Shown piece after piece: positions 1 through 13,594 of a DNA stretch of 64,000 nucleotides. This DNA comes from Squalus acanthias (Eukaryota). Numbering within the stretch: position 1 is the stretch's first letter; each line of letters opens with the position of its first letter. The stretch is taken from contig CM059439.1 of the NCBI GenBank assembly GCA_030390025.1, positions 62,496,001-62,560,000 of the forward strand, read 5' to 3'. Below the pieces are notes generated by a model. That model ran no database searches and was not told the DNA's origin. It worked only from the letters and a program-made list of their open reading frames with translations. A program made the translations under genes and the position numbers.

Positions 1-2438
1 GATGGTGGAGACAGGGACAGCAGTGGAGACTCCTCGCCGGAGGGCGCAGGACACTCCCAGCTCTGCTCAGCTGCATTCAGATGCTGAGCCTTGGGGGCCA
101 TCCAGAAAGAGGGCGTTCCTGGAGGTGTAGCAAGAAGTGCAGGAGGCTCTGACAGGTTTTGCAACCGTGATGTCTGTAAATGTGCAGAGAATGGAGGAGT
201 CCATCTCCACCGTGTTGCAGGCGGTGGCGACTGTAGGCTCTTCCATGGAAAGGATGGCCACCTGCATGGAGCAGCTAATGCACCACTCACAGGAGCACAT
301 GCTATCTATAGAGAATAGATGGCAGAGGCTCATAGACCTCCTCTCTAGGAGGGATGTCAACGTAGACGTGGGTCCTCATGGCCCCGCTGATGTGCAGCAA
401 GGTGCTCTCCAGCTCCTTGCTCGCAGGGAAGTGCGGGTTCCTCTCAAAGCGCTCACACTTCTCCCCTGTTGCCCCCCTCCCTCAGTCAGAGCCCCAGATG
501 GCTCCTCGGATCGCGATGGCCGATTCTGCCCCTGCACAGTCGCAGGAGGAGCAGACTTTGGAGGGGCCATCACAGACTCCAAAACCCAGAGGACGTCCAA
601 CAAAAGTGTCTATGCAGTCGCAGCAGGGAAGTTAGCAGGCTGCCTCTACCTCTGCTGAAGCCACCGGGGTAGCACCTCGTAGAAGTACGTGTAAGAGAAA
701 GATGAAACAAGTAGATTCACAAGGGTAGCCACTTGGGTGTTTTAATAAATGTTTCTGTAAAGTTTCCATTACTGTGATGTCACAGATAAAAATATTTATT
801 TTCACCACTTTCACCATGGACAAATTTGTGTGTAACTTTGGAAGTGACTTAGTGAGTTGGAGTGAATGGCAAGACATAACGTTACCTCCAGCAATGGTGG
901 TCAGTATGAAAGGAATGGCTTGGTCATTGTAGGGATCCTTTATGGTGTTGCTGTGGGGTGGTGCCAACCTGGCGCAGCATGTGGCAGCCATATGGGTGTA
1001 ATGCGTGAAGTTAAGTAAATCTGGCCATAATGAGGCCATCCCTGGCCAGCAATGTGCTCGGGTGCTGGTGGGATCTGGACCGCAGGGTCCTCCTGCTCCT
1101 CCTCCTCCTCGTCGTCTTCCAGCTGATGCTCCTCCTCCTCCTCTGAAGAGGCTGTGCGCTCAATGCCTTGCTCCTCATGCAGCGTTAATCCTTACCGTTG
1201 CGCTATTGCGCACACATGCATGATAATCTTCCTGTGGTTGCAGACAAGCTGCACATTGAGAGTGGAAGCCCTTGCGGTTGACAAAGACTCCCGAGTGATG
1301 ATGGGGTGCCCTGATGGCCACATGTGTGCAGTCGATGACGTCCTGCACTCGTGGGAAGCCAGCCAGAGCGGCAAAGCCGATCGCCCACTCAGTAACACTG
1401 GCTTCATCAGTGGAAAAGTTGAGATAATTGGCTGACTTGTCAAAGAGGGCATCGGTGACCTGTGTGATGCATCTGTGGGCGGCTGACTGCGAGATGCCAC
1501 AAATGTCTGCTGCAGATTCCTGGAAGGAGCCTGAGGTGAAGAAGCTGAGGGCGCTGGTGACTTTGACAGTCACTGGTAAGGCGGGTCCACCTGCTCTTCT
1601 GGGCTGCAGGTCTTCCTCCAGTAATGTGCAAATGTCTGCGACGACCTGGCATGATAGCCTGAGCCTCTTTGGCAATGTTGCTCCGTCATGTTGAGGAAGT
1701 TCAACCTCTGCCTGTATACCGTGTTGGGGGTATTGCCTCCGGCACGGTGCAGCCCTGCGCTGATGTCCTCTGTCCTGTGCAGCATCAGGTGGTTGAGGAG
1801 AAGATTGGTGGTGGTGTTGTTGGTGCTGCTGGTGTTGGGGCTCATCATGGTCTGATTCTGAGGACCAAGGTGAGACAGTATAAACGGCACCCATGCTGAT
1901 GGAATAGATGGCAGGTCAAGTAGAGATGACGGAAGCAATCTGTCAATGGTGTGATAGGTGGTACCAATGAGGTGACAGTGAATCCTGACTTCGCTGGAAA
2001 CACTCGCAACTTCTAGAAAGCTAAATCTGTGCTGACAATGCAGTCAGCAACAACATCTGCCCTGGGAAAGTGACCAGGTGTCAGGTGGGAGTATTTATTG
2101 TGCTTTCCAGGCTGTGCACTAATGAGCTGGATCAATGGCCACTCAACTTATGCCTCAGGTTCACAGGCGTGGTTCCCGAGCTGCGTGATTCCCGTGCTCA
2201 TCCAGGGAAATTTGAAAGGTAGGATTAAAAAGATGTTTAAGGGTCTGACAAGTACCTCAATGATCTCAATTACCTCAGCCGCCTCTGCCGTTCGGGTGCC
2301 GCGCTGGCAAACGCGCCCGAGGGAAAGGCGTGTGGGGGGCGGGATGACAGCGGGTTCCCAACCTGTTCCAAAGTTTTTCAAATTTCCCTCCCGACCTGCC
2401 TCCAATCGCACCCGCACAGACGCCAGAAAATTCCAGCC
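1..2438. mobile_element. PIF/Harbinger DNA transposon copy 1 (left part outside the window)
   Basis: HARBI1-like transposase remnant on the - strand ([28 protein letters not shown]), convergent with the last exon of the second gene on +. Right TIR aaaattccagcc ends at 2438. Confidence 0.88.
1010..1894 (-). pseudogene. Harbinger (HARBI1-like) DDE transposase pseudogene, copy 1
   Basis: Frameshifted, with an internal deletion near 1208 relative to copy 2 (HVCA joined directly to IAQR). Confidence 0.85.
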
Positions 2439-2644
2439 AGAGTATTTGTATATGTTAGAACAGCTCGTGATCAAAGATTCCATCCGATTAAGCTCCATAA
2501 GTTTCTTTTCAAGTCATTTTCATCCGATGACACGTAGAGAAATCAAAGATGAAATGTTTGGTATTTCTCTCCTTCATCCCCCAACAAAAATAATTTAATG
2601 GAAAGGGAAGGATTATTCCACTGAATTTCCCATAATTTCCAAAT

Positions 2645-2810
2645 GTTTCAATGGTAACTTTCGAAAGGGAATTGGATATATACTTGAAAAAGATAAAATT
2701 GCAGAGCTATGGAGAAAGAGCAGGCGAGTGGGACTTACTGGATAGCTCTCAGAGAGCCGGCCCAGACACAATGGACCAAATGGTTCTATGTGCTGCATGA
2801 TTCTATGTAA
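2645..2810 (+). mobile_element. CR1 LINE 3' tail fragment
   Basis: gaattggatatatacttg...gattctatg, the typical CR1 end. Confidence 0.65.
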
Positions 2811-4004
2811 CAAACGGAGGTCCCAGCTTCGATTCCCACTTGTTCTGAGTCAGCTGACCTCGGAAGAGGTAGAGGCACTATTTTGGCTACAGTGCCCTGG
2901 ATGAAGGGGAGGGTGGGGGAACAGCCAGGGTCCACGTTCCTAATCGCAATCCAATGACTCCTACTGGAAAGTAAATGTTAGATGAGAGCAGGCTTGTGCA
3001 GAGGTAGGATGAGGTATTTCGACATAAAACTTACCATCTTATAATTCTACTGTGCAAGACGTCAGTGGAGCTGGATAAGAATAAGGGTGATGGGTGTATG
3101 AGAAAGGGTGGAGGCAGCAGTATTCTGGATAAGTTGTAGTTTGTGGAGGGTACAAGCTGCGAGACCAGCAAGAAGTCAAATCTTGAGGAGATGAAGGCTT
3201 GGATTAGGGTATTGGCAGTGCCGGGGTATAGAATAGGATATGGTTGATACTCAGATGTGAATTATAACCTGAAATGTTGTTTAAGTTTATAAAACAATAC
3301 AATAAAATTTAATAGAAGTGTATGTTTTACTCTGTCAGTTTAATTTACGTCTACTGTGGTCTCACCGGACAGTGGATTCATGCACTTTCATCAGGGTCAA
3401 TGCTGCCCCCTGGCAGTCACTCAACTGCATTACAGGAAGGAATTGCTGACTTCAAAATAATGTAAGTTTGACTATCATGCTGTGTTGTGGATTCATTAAT
3501 GTATTAATGGCATATTCATTTATATGCTTTTTAAAATGTAATAATGCAAAGTGACATCTTTGTGTGCAATTAACAAATCGGAAAATGTTACTAACGGTGA
3601 AACAATTATTTGGGTTGAAGTGTGTGAGTGAGACTACGAGTGACTGATCAAATATTCAGGGCTGAGCACTCCTGATGGCATAATTGGTAGGTAAATGCAC
3701 CACCAGGTGGGGTATTCGATTGCACAAACCAAGGTCCTAGAATCAATCACTGGGGCAAACGGAGTTAGCTGATCTCAGCCAGAACAGTAGTTTAGTTGAG
3801 GTACTGGAGGGCAGAATGCAGTTAAACTGACAACACAAAACATACACTTCAACTTAAGTTCATAAAATGAAATGTGATTCATGTTAAAAGTCAATGAAAT
3901 TTCAGGTTATAATTCACATCTGTGTAGATATCATATATCTATACTTCAGCACTGCCAATACCCTAATCCATACTTTCATCACCTTGAGGCTGGACCTCTC
4001 CAAC

Positions 4005-4434
4005 GCTCACCTGTGTGTCAGAAGGTTGTGGGTTCAAGCCCCACTCCAGAGACTTGAACACAAAATCTAGGCTGATACTAAGAGTTCTGAGAGTCCTGCC
4101 TGTTGGAGATGCCGTGTTTTAGATGAGACATTAAACCGAGGCCCTGTCTGCCCTCTCAATTGGGCATAAAAGATCCCATGCGCTATTTCGAAGAGGAGCT
4201 TGGGAGAGCCCCCCCAGTGCCCTGCCCAATGTTTATCCCTCAACCAACATCAACTAAACAGATTATCTGGTCATTATCACATTACTGTTTGTGGGAGCTT
4301 GCTGTGTGCAAATTGGCTGCCACGTTTCCTACATTACAACAGTGACTACACTTCAAAAGTATTTCATTGGCTGTGAAGCGCTTTGAGACATCCTGAGGTC
4401 GTGAAAGGTGCTATATAAATGTAAGTTCTTTCTT
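4005..4434 (+). mobile_element. Deu-domain SINE (SacSINE1/AmnSINE1-like)
   Basis: tRNA-like head (ggttcaagcccc), Deu core aaaagatcccatg...cctcaaccaacatcactaaacagattatctggtcattatc, L2-like tail gctatataaatgtaag. Confidence 0.75.
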
Positions 4435-4459
4435 GCAGGTCTCACAGGCTGCATCCTCC

Positions 4460-5096
4460 ACAAACTGTTATAAAAACATATGGGATCGTTGGCTTTATTA
4501 ATAGAGGACGAAAGTACAAAAGCAAGGACGTTATGCTGAACCTTTATAAAACACTGGTTAGGCCTCAGCTGGAGTATTGTGTTCAATTTTGGGCACCACA
4601 CTTGAAGGATGTCAAGGCCTTCGAGAGGGTGCAGAAAAGATTTACTAGAATGGTACCAGGGTTGAGGGACTTCAGTTATGTGGAGAGATTGGAGAAGCTG
4701 GGATTGTTCTCCTTAGAGCAGAGAAGGTTAAGAGGAGATTTGATAGAGGTGTTCAAAGTCATGATGGGTTTTGATAGAGGGGAGCTGTGTCCAGTTGCAG
4801 AAGGGTTGGTAACCAGAGGACATAGATTTAAGGTGATCAGCAAAAGAACCAGAGGCCACATGAGGGAAACATTTTTTTACACAACGAGTCAGCTGGAATG
4901 CATTGCCTGAAAGGGGGGTGGAAGCAGATTTAATAGTAACATTCAAAAAAGAATTGGATAAATACTTGAAGGAAAAAATTTGCAGGGCTATGGGGAAAGA
5001 GCAGGGGAGTGGGACTAATTGAATAGCTCTACCAAAGTGCCAGCACAGGCACGATGGGCCAAATGGTCTCCTGTGCTGTATCATTCTATGATTCTA
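4460..5096 (+). mobile_element. CR1 LINE, 5'-truncated
   Basis: LYKTLVRPQLEYCVQFWAP..RRLRGDLIEVFK; attctatg tail. Confidence 0.9.
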
Positions 5097-5669
5097 CAAC
5101 TCACACTGAATGCTGCAGTACCCATCCTTTCCCATACTGCCCTCACATCTATCCTTGCTAAGCTCCATTATATGGTCTTCATCCTGGTCTTCTGGCCCTG
5201 TTGATGTAGACCCCAACATCATTCATTGTTTCCAGAAGAATGGGGAGAACATTGAGAAAAAGATACTCAGAACTTTGTTTTCAAAGATTTATTGTTTCAA
5301 TACCAAAACTGTGCACTTTTCATTTTCAAAGATGCAAATGAAATATTTCCAAATGAATTGCTGCAACAGTTTTAAATATGTAGGCCGGAATTTTTACTTC
5401 TGGAGTTGGGTCGGGTGTGTGAGCGCCGCCTAGTGGGTCGGGAACGCGATATCTTGATCAGCCCACTCTTCAGGGCGACTTTAGCGTAATGGCCCCAATT
5501 AAACCAGCCATGCGCATTTCCTGGCCCTATTAAAGGGTGTGGTTATAATGACATCATCGATGACCATTTCCAGAGCCCATATTTAAGGCAGCCTTGCACA
5601 CAACTCATATGAAGATTGGTAAGGGAATGTGGAAGGAGCATTGGAAAGGTTGGCGTTATTGAGCAAAGT

Positions 5670-8360
5670 GAAAAAAATGAAACGCAAAGGGAGAGGGTTG
5701 CACCCCGCTTTACAGATGCCTCGCTGCATATTCTGGTCGAGGCAGTAAGAGCACGCAGGGAGGTCCTCTTCCCAGCAGACGGGCACAAGAGACCTCCCCA
5801 AGAGAGCGAAAGGGCCTGGCTGGATATAGCAGGAGGTCAGCAGTAGGGAGGTCGTGAGGAGGACCTGGATACAATGCAGGAAGAGATTCAATGATCTGAT
5901 GAGGTCAGGAAAGGGGAGTGCAAAGCCACACTCACCTTCATCCTGCTGTGCCTGTCACCACATCCCCATCACTCTGCCTTCCCAAGCCTAATGCTGCACA
6001 TCATTACTCACACCAACATAACTTCCAGGTCCACCATCGCTCTCTCTCTATGTACATACTCAGATACCCATCTGACTAACCACCCCTCACACGCACCCTC
6101 ATCCTAATGGAATCAACAACAACAACTTGCATTTATACAGCGCCTTTAACATAGTAAAACTTCCCAAGGTGCTTCACTGGAGTGTTAGAAGACAAAAAAT
6201 TGACACCGGGCTGAAGGAGATTACAGAGATAGGGAGGGGCGAGGCCATGGAGGGATTTGAAAACAAGGATGAGAATTTTGAAATCAAGGCGTTGCTTAAC
6301 TGGGAGCCAATGTAGGTCAGCGAGGACAGGGGTGATGGTTGAACGGGACTTGGTGCGAGTTAGGACATGGGCAGCAGAGTTTTGGATGACCTCAAGTTTA
6401 CGTAGGGTGGAATGTGGGAGGCCAGCCAGGAGTGCGTTGGAAATACTCGTCTAGAGGTAACAAAGGCATGGATGAGGGTTTCAGCAGCGGATGAGCTGAG
6501 GCAGGGGCGGAGACGGGCAATGTTACGGAGGTGGAAATAGGCGGTCTTAGTTATGCCATGGATGTGGTCGGAAGCTTATTTCAGGGTCAAATATGACACC
6601 AAGGTTGCGAACAGTCTGGTTCAGCCTCAGACAGAAGCTAGGGAGAGGGATGGAGTCAGTGGCTAGGGAATGGAATTTGTGGCTGGGCCCGAAGACAATG
6701 GCTTCAGTCTTCCCAATATTTAATTTGGACAAAATTTCTGCTCATCCAGTACTGGATGTCGGACAAGCGGTGTGTCAATTTAGAGACCGTGAATGGGTCA
6801 GGAGAAGTGGTGCTGAGGTAGAGCTGGATATCATCAACATACATGTGGAAACTGATGCTGTGTTTTCGGATAATGTCGCCAAGGGGCAGCATATAGATGA
6901 GAAATAAGGAGGCCAAGGATAGATCCTTGGGGGACCCCAGAGGTATAGCAAGTACCACCACAGAAGGAGGCCATTTGGCATTGGCACCCCACTCCCTCAG
7001 TCACCCTCTACAGATGTAACCCAGCCATTCCTTACACTCAATCCATCACTCTCACTCAAACTTCTCTTCTTTCCCTCCTTGCAGGAGAAAAGAGCCCAGA
7101 ACAGAGAGAGGGAGAGAACCAGAGGTGGTCCTCCAGTCTTCGTACACCTAACAGCAGCAGAGGAGGGTGCTCTGGAGATCTCGGGAGTTCGAGAGACATT
7201 GGTGGTGGGAGACAGAGAGGGGGACATCCCAACTACTTGGTGACAGAAATCACATCTCATACAGCCACATGGCATACTACAGTCACTCAAATGTTGACTG
7301 ATGCCAGCAGCCAGTGAAATGTCATCATGTAATGGGTAACGGTACCCATTCTTAATATAACACTTCTAATTCATCTCTTTACTCTCCCACAGGTCCATCA
7401 TCTGCCAACCCCCCCCCCACCTACTGTCCAGCCGGAGGAGGAAGACGACTCCTCAGAGGAATCTCCAGCCAATGAGGGCGCACCGTCAGCAGACCCAAGC
7501 GTAGCCAGCACCGATACGCACACCTCGGTGGGTCCTTCGCGCCATAGAGTAGAATTGTCACCTGGTGTCTCACAATTCACAAGTGAGCAAGAGTAGGTGG
7601 TGTTGACAGGGACAGCAGTGGAGACTCCTCGCCGGAGATTGCAGGACGCTCCAAGCTCTGCTGAGCTGCATGCAGACGCTGAGCCTCGGGGGCCAACAAG
7701 AAAAAGGGTGATCTTGGAGGGACAGCAACAATTGCATGAGGCTTTGGCACCTTTTTCAGCCGCAATGTCTGCAAATGTTCAGAGAATGGAGGAGTCCGTC
7801 TCCAACATGAGCGCCACCATGTCGCAGGCGATGGGGACGATGTACTCTTCCATGGAAAGGATGGCCACCTGCATGGAGCAGCAAATGCACCAGTCACATG
7901 AGCACATGCTAGCTGTGGACAACAGATGGCAGGTGCTCATAGACCTCCTCTGAAGGAGGGATGTAAACATAGACTTGGGCCTTCATCACCCACTGCTGTG
8001 CAGCAAGGTGCTCGTCAGCTCCTTGCTAGCAGGGAAGTGCAGGTGGCCCATGAGAGAGATGATGGAGAGAGGGGACATGGAAGTGGGGGCTCTTCTCAAA
8101 GCGCCCACGCTTCTCCCGTTACACCCCCCTCAGTCAGAGCCCCACATGCTTCCTCAGATCCCGATGGCCGAATCTGCCCCTGCACAGTTGCAGGAGGAGC
8201 AGACTTTGGCGGGGCCCTCACAGGCTCCAAAACCCAGGACATCTGCCAAAAGTGTCTATGCAGTCACAGCAGGGAAGTGAGCAGCCTGCCTCTATCTCTG
8301 CTGTAGCCACAGGGGTTGAACCTCATAGAAACACTTGGAAAAGAAAAATGACACAAAAGT
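5670..8360 (+). pseudogene. Harbinger Myb/SANT-like DNA-binding protein gene (about 3 exons, decayed)
   Basis: APRFTDASLHILVEAV..RREVLFP..AWLDIA..RTWIQCRKRFNDL. Next exon follows ccttgcag (EKRAQNRERERTRGGP, from 7085); third exon follows cccacag (from ~7393) and has a Met-rich coiled coil. Confidence 0.75.
6112..6945 (-). mobile_element. L2 LINE 3' fragment nested in an intron of the Harbinger Myb gene
   Basis: RT remnants (HMYVDDIQLY, LNIGKTEAIVFG, VRNLGVIFD) and an L2-type tail ending in (GTT)n on the - strand. Confidence 0.8.
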
Positions 8361-8619
8361 AGATGCACAAGGGTATATCAAAAACTGTTAGTGGTAAGTT
8401 TGTTATTCTGATGACACACAAATGTTTTTCTTTGCACCACTTTTGGGTCTTGTCCATTTTTGCCTCAAACCTGGGAAGTGGCTTTGTCACTTGGAGTGAA
8501 TGGTGAGATATTATTTAACCTCGAGCATTGGGTGAGAGGAATGGATTAGTCGTTGTCGGGATGTTTTATGGTGTTGGGTGGTGGGGAGGGGGAAACTTAG
8601 TACAGCATGTGGCTGCATT

Positions 8620-9811
8620 GAAGCAAGTTAAGTAAATCTGGCCATAATGAGGCCATACTGGGCCTCCCAGGCAGCAATGTGCGCCGCTGCTGATGCCATG
8701 TCCACCTCGGGTTCCTCCTCCTCGTCTTCCACCTGCTCTTCCTTTGAAGAGTCTGTGTGCTCTGCGCCATGCTCCTCCTGCAGCTCCAATCTCGCTGCTG
8801 CGCTATGTTGTGCAGCACGCAGCAGATGACGATGATTCTGGTGACCCTGGCTGGTGCGTACTGAAGGGCTCCTCCAGATCTGTCAAGGCATCTGAAGCAC
8901 ATAATCAGTATGCTTATTGCTTGCTTTATGACACATCTAGTGGAGATGTGGCTCTCATTATAACGCTTCTCGGCCTCAGTACTTAACGTCCTCAGGGGTG
9001 CCACGTCTTCAGTGGATAGCCCTCGTCTCAAGCAGCCAGCCGGTAAGTCTGTTTGGAGGAGCGAAGAGCTGAGGGAAGGTGGACTGGCGCAGCACAAAAA
9101 AGAGTCATGACAGCTGCCAGGGAATCTGGCGCACACATGCATGATCTTTTGATGGTTGCAGACGAACTGCACATTGAGGGAGTGGAAGCCATTGTGGTTC
9201 ATAAATATTCCTGGGTGATGATGGGCTGCCTTCATGGCCACATGTGTGCAGTCGATGACACCCTGCACCTGTGGGAAGTCAGCCAGAGTTGCAAAGTCGT
9301 GCGCCCTGCTCAGAAACACTGGCTTCATCAATGGCAAAGTTTACATAATTGGCTGACTTGTGAAACATGGCATCGGTCATCTGGGTGATGCATCTGTGGG
9401 TGGCCTGAACTGCGAGATCCCACAAATGTCTACTGAAGACCCCTGGAAGGAGCCTGAGGCGAAGAGGTTGAGGGCAGTGGTGACTTTGACAGCCACTGGT
9501 AAGGCGTGTCCACCAGGACCTCTGAACAGCAGGTCTTGTTCCAGCAAGCTACAAATGTCTGCGAGGACCTGGTGCAATAGCCTGAGCCTCCTGAAGCACT
9601 GCTGCTCAGTCATGTTGAGGAAGCTCTGCCAGTATACCGTGTTGGGGGTATCGCCTCCCGCGCGGTGCAGCCCTGTGGTGCCCCCCTCTCTCCTGTGGCG
9701 CATCAGGTCGTTAAGGCTGTTGTTGTGGTTGCTGCTGTTGCTGTCGTTAGTGGTGGGGCTTACCTTGGTACGATTCTGAGGCGAAGGTGAGACAGTATAA
9801 GCATCACCCAT
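8620..9811 (-). pseudogene. Harbinger DDE transposase pseudogene, copy 2
   Basis: [80 protein letters not shown]; several frameshifts. Confidence 0.9.
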
Positions 9812-10539
9812 GCTGATGTAGTAGATGGCAGGTAAAGGACCAGAGGACCAATCCCTCAATGTTGTGATAGTTAGTAGAATGTGGTGGGAGTGACTTCGAG
9901 GTTTCAAAAAAATGACCTGCAAACTGCTGACACCTAAATCTGTGGACAAAATGGAGTGAGCAAGAGCCTTTCCATGTGGCAATTAATGAGATGTAATGTT
10001 GCATTATTTATGTGCTTTTCCCAGCTATCAATGAATGAACTCGTCAATGGCCACTGAGCTTCTGCCTCCCCTTCACACGTGGGGTACCCAAGCTCCATGA
10101 ATCCCATGCTCCTGCAGTAAAACTCAAAAGCGGTCGCTAAAATCACTCAAGGGTCTCTGAACAAGCAGTTAATGATTTCAATGAGGTCGCCCACCTCTGC
10201 CGATCGGGTCCGTGTCACGCCTTCAAAGCCGCCCGAGTTAAATGCGCAAGGGAGCGGGATGACGGCGGGTTCCTGACGCGCTCGATATTTCCAGGATTTT
10301 TACTGCTAACCCACCCCCAAACCCGCACGCTCGGCAACAGGAAAATTCCGGTCGTAATTTTCCATCAAGTTTTTCAATCCAAATTCATCAATTGTATTAT
10401 TTATCTGATACGTGTATATTGAGGATTGTTAAAAATGAGGGGTTTGGATTTGAACATCTCATTTAAAAAATCCTTGTTTTAAATTTATCTCTCAGCATGT
10501 AAATTAACTAAATGGTAAAAGGTTAAAACTAAAAAGTTA

Positions 10540-11715
10540 CACGTTTCAATGAGATCACCTCTCATTCTTCTAAACTCCAGAGCGTATAGGCCCCATCTAC
10601 TCAATCTCTCATCATAGGACAACCCTCTCATTCCAGGAATCAATCTAGTGAACCTTTGTTGCACCACCTCCAAGGCAAGTATATCCTTCCTTAGATAAGG
10701 AGACCAAAACTGTGCACAATACTCCAAGTGTGGTCTCAACAAGGCCCTGTACAATTGTAGCAAGACTTTCTTACTCTTGTACTCCAACCCTTTAGCAATA
10801 AAGGCCAACATACCATTTGCCTTCCTAATTGCTTGCTGTACCTGCATGCTAACTGTGTTTCTTGTACTAGGACACCCAAATCTCTCTGAACACCAACATT
10901 TAATAGTTTCTCACCATTTAAAAAATATTCTGTTTTTCTATTCTTCCTACCAAAGTGAATAACCTCATTTCCCTACATTGTACTCCATCTACCACCTTAT
11001 TGCCCACTCACTTAACCTGTCTATATCCCTTTGCAGGCTCTTTGTGTCCTCCTCACAGCTTACTTTCCCCACTTAGCTTTGTATCATCTGCAAACTTGGA
11101 TACATTACACTTGGTCCCTTCATCTAGGTCATTAATATAGATTGTAAATAGCTGAGACCCAAGCACCGATCCTTGCGGCACCCCACTAGTTACAGCCTGC
11201 CAACCTGAAAATGACCCGTTTATCCCTACTCCGTTTTCTGTCCGTTAACCAATCCTCTATCCATGCTAATGTATTATCCCCAACTCCATGAGCCCTTATC
11301 TTGCGTAGCAAACTTATGTGGCACCTTATCGAATGCTTTTTTTGAAATCCAAATATACTACATCCACTGGTTTCCCTTTATCTACCCTGCTAGTTATGTC
11401 CTCAAAAAACTCTAATAAATTTGTTAAACACGATTATCCTTTCATGAAACCATGTTGACTCTGCCTAATCATATTACTGTATGATTTTCTAAGTGCCCTG
11501 TTACCACTTCCTTAATAATGGATTCCAGCATTTTCACGACGACTGATGTCAGGCGAACTGGCCTGTAGTTCCTGGTTTTCTCTCGTCTTCCTTTCTTAAA
11601 TAGCGGGGTTACATTTGCGACTTTCCAATCTGCTGGGGCCATTCTAGAATCTAGGGAATTTTGGAAGATCACAAATGCATCCACTATCTCTGCAGCCACC
11701 TCTTAGAACCCTAGG
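10540..11715 (-). mobile_element. CR1 LINE RT fragment
   Basis: WKVANVTPLFKKG..NYRPV.LTS; ANGMLAFI..RPHLEYC. Confidence 0.9.
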
Positions 11716-12684
11716 AGATGTTTCACTACATTAAAAGGTGCTATATAAATACAAGTTGTTGTTATCTCTGCAACTAACCCAGAGAGGCAGGCAGATTACT
11801 GACTGTCCCTTTTGTACACACAGCATATTGTTACTTTTCAGAAGTCCATTTTCCACCACTGAGGAGATTATCTCAATAACAGCAGAGGGGAATGTTTAAT
11901 GGGTAATAGACCATAAAATTATAGATCAACAGGTCCTTGCACGCACATTGTCCATGGTTAAAGTGAAAAAGAATGACACCATTTTTCAGCAAAATCCATG
12001 GGCCCAGAAATTTGGGCGCACCCATCTTCGGGCCCGTGGGGGGCAGAGTGCATTTCCTGCACCAGAATGGGGAGGCCCAGGGCTCCCCAGATAATTGGGC
12101 CTCATTAGAATGGAGTCAGCATGGCGCAATAACCAGCTAGTTGCATCGCAGCAGCCCTCAGGTAAGTGGGTTGGGGGGCCGGGTAATGCAGAGCTGGAGA
12201 TTGGCGCGGTGGGGGGGAGCTGCACGGGGGAAATGAGGGACCATGGATCAGGAGTCAGGGGTCGGGTTGGAAGCAGGGGAGAGTTTGGGGGTCAGGCCAG
12301 GAGCAGCAGCAATGGCGGGGGGGCAGGACGGGAGATCGGGGGTTCAGAGCGGAAGAGATGGGAGAAGAGCAGCGGCGATCAGTTGCATTAATGTGGGGTC
12401 AGGAGGAGCACTCTTGCTCTTCCCAGCTCCCAATGTAGGCAAGTTTCCTACCTTCTTTGTTGCAGGCGATTCCTAGGACTGGATTGCCCGAGTGCAGCCC
12501 TCGTTAATGCTGGCTGCCTCAGGGCGAGCCAATCTTGGAGAAGAGATCTCAAACAGGCATTAGGACCCTGATCTGCATATGCAAAGGGCATTACGCCTGT
12601 TTCAGGGTTGGGTAAAGGATGCCTCTTGTTTGTCCATACCCAATATGGCGGGCGGCGCACTTCCGGCTGGAAATGTGCGCCGAC

Positions 12685-12968
12685 TCTTTCGAAGAGCAAT
12701 CCAGTTACTCCCACTCCCCGCTCTTTCCCCATATCCCTGCAAATTTTTCTCCAAGTATTTATCCAATTCCCTTTTGAAGGCTTCTAGAGTCTGCCTCCAC
12801 CACCCTTCAGGCAGTGCATTCCAAATCCTAACCACTCGCTGCATAAAAAAGATTTTCCTCATGTCGCCTCTGGTTCCTTTGCCAATCACCTTAAATCTGT
12901 GCCCTCTGGTTATCGACCCTTCAACCATTGGAAAGAGTTTCTCTTTATTTACTCTATCAAAACTCTTC
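12685..12968 (-). mobile_element. CR1 3' fragment
   Basis: TRGHRFKV..FFMQRVVRIWNALP. Confidence 0.8.
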
Positions 12969-13078
12969 ATATGCTGTTTTATTTTTAGATATTTTAAAAA
13001 GGATTATCCTCCCAAACAAGAGTTCAAAGTGTTACTGTTCTTTCATCGCTTAATACAACTTTACTTGCATTTCCAAAA

Positions 13079-13590
13079 GCAAAATACTGCAGATGCTGGA
13101 AATCTGAAATAAAAAACAGAATATGCTGGAAATACTCAGCAGGTCAGGCAGCATCTGTAGAGAGAGAAACAAAGTTAACGTTTCAGGTCGATGACAGAAC
13201 TGGAAAAAGTTAGAGATGTAACAGATTTTAAGCAAGTGCAGGGGCAGGGAAGGGGGGGGGGGAGGAAAGAACAAAAGGGAAGGTCTGTGATAGGATGGAA
13301 GGCAGGAGAGATTAAAAGACAAAAGGAATGATGGTGCGAGCAAAAGGAGATGGTAATGGGACAAGTAAAGAAACAAAAGATGAGTCTTGAAGAGGTGTAA
13401 ATGGGAATGGCAGATTCATCAACAGCTGCCATGTGAAAAAAAAAAGGGCAGAGGATATGGTCTGAAATTGTTGAACTCGATGTTGAGTCTAGAAGGTTGT
13501 AAAGTGCCTAATCGAAAGATGAGGTGCTGTTCCTTGAGCTTCATTGGAACAATGCAAGAGGCCGAGGTCAGAGTGGGAGTGGAGCAGAGA
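13079..13590 (-). mobile_element. Penelope-like element 3' fragment / pLTR
   Basis: The - strand encodes a GIY-YIG C-terminal remnant (EQHLIFRLGTLQPSRLNIEFNNF). The terminal sequence is shared with 62011-62140. Confidence 0.6.
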
Positions 13591-13594
13591 GTTA

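Larger units (their letters stand above)
5383..10353. mobile_element. Complete (decayed) two-gene PIF/Harbinger transposon, copy 2
   Basis: TIRs ggccggaatttt / aaaattccggtc; 3-bp TSD GTA (5380-5382 and 10354-10356); Myb/SANT gene on + and transposase on -. Confidence 0.9.

Noticed and set aside
1175-1894. Domesticated HARBI1 gene
   Set aside because: Frameshifted and deleted, lies within TIR-bounded multi-copy elements.
4015-4050. tRNA gene
   Set aside because: Only a B-box-like SINE head; no complete cloverleaf.
11997-12680. GC-rich segment with ORFs
   Set aside because: Low-complexity translations; probably a non-autonomous DNA transposon remnant, but I could not pair its termini.
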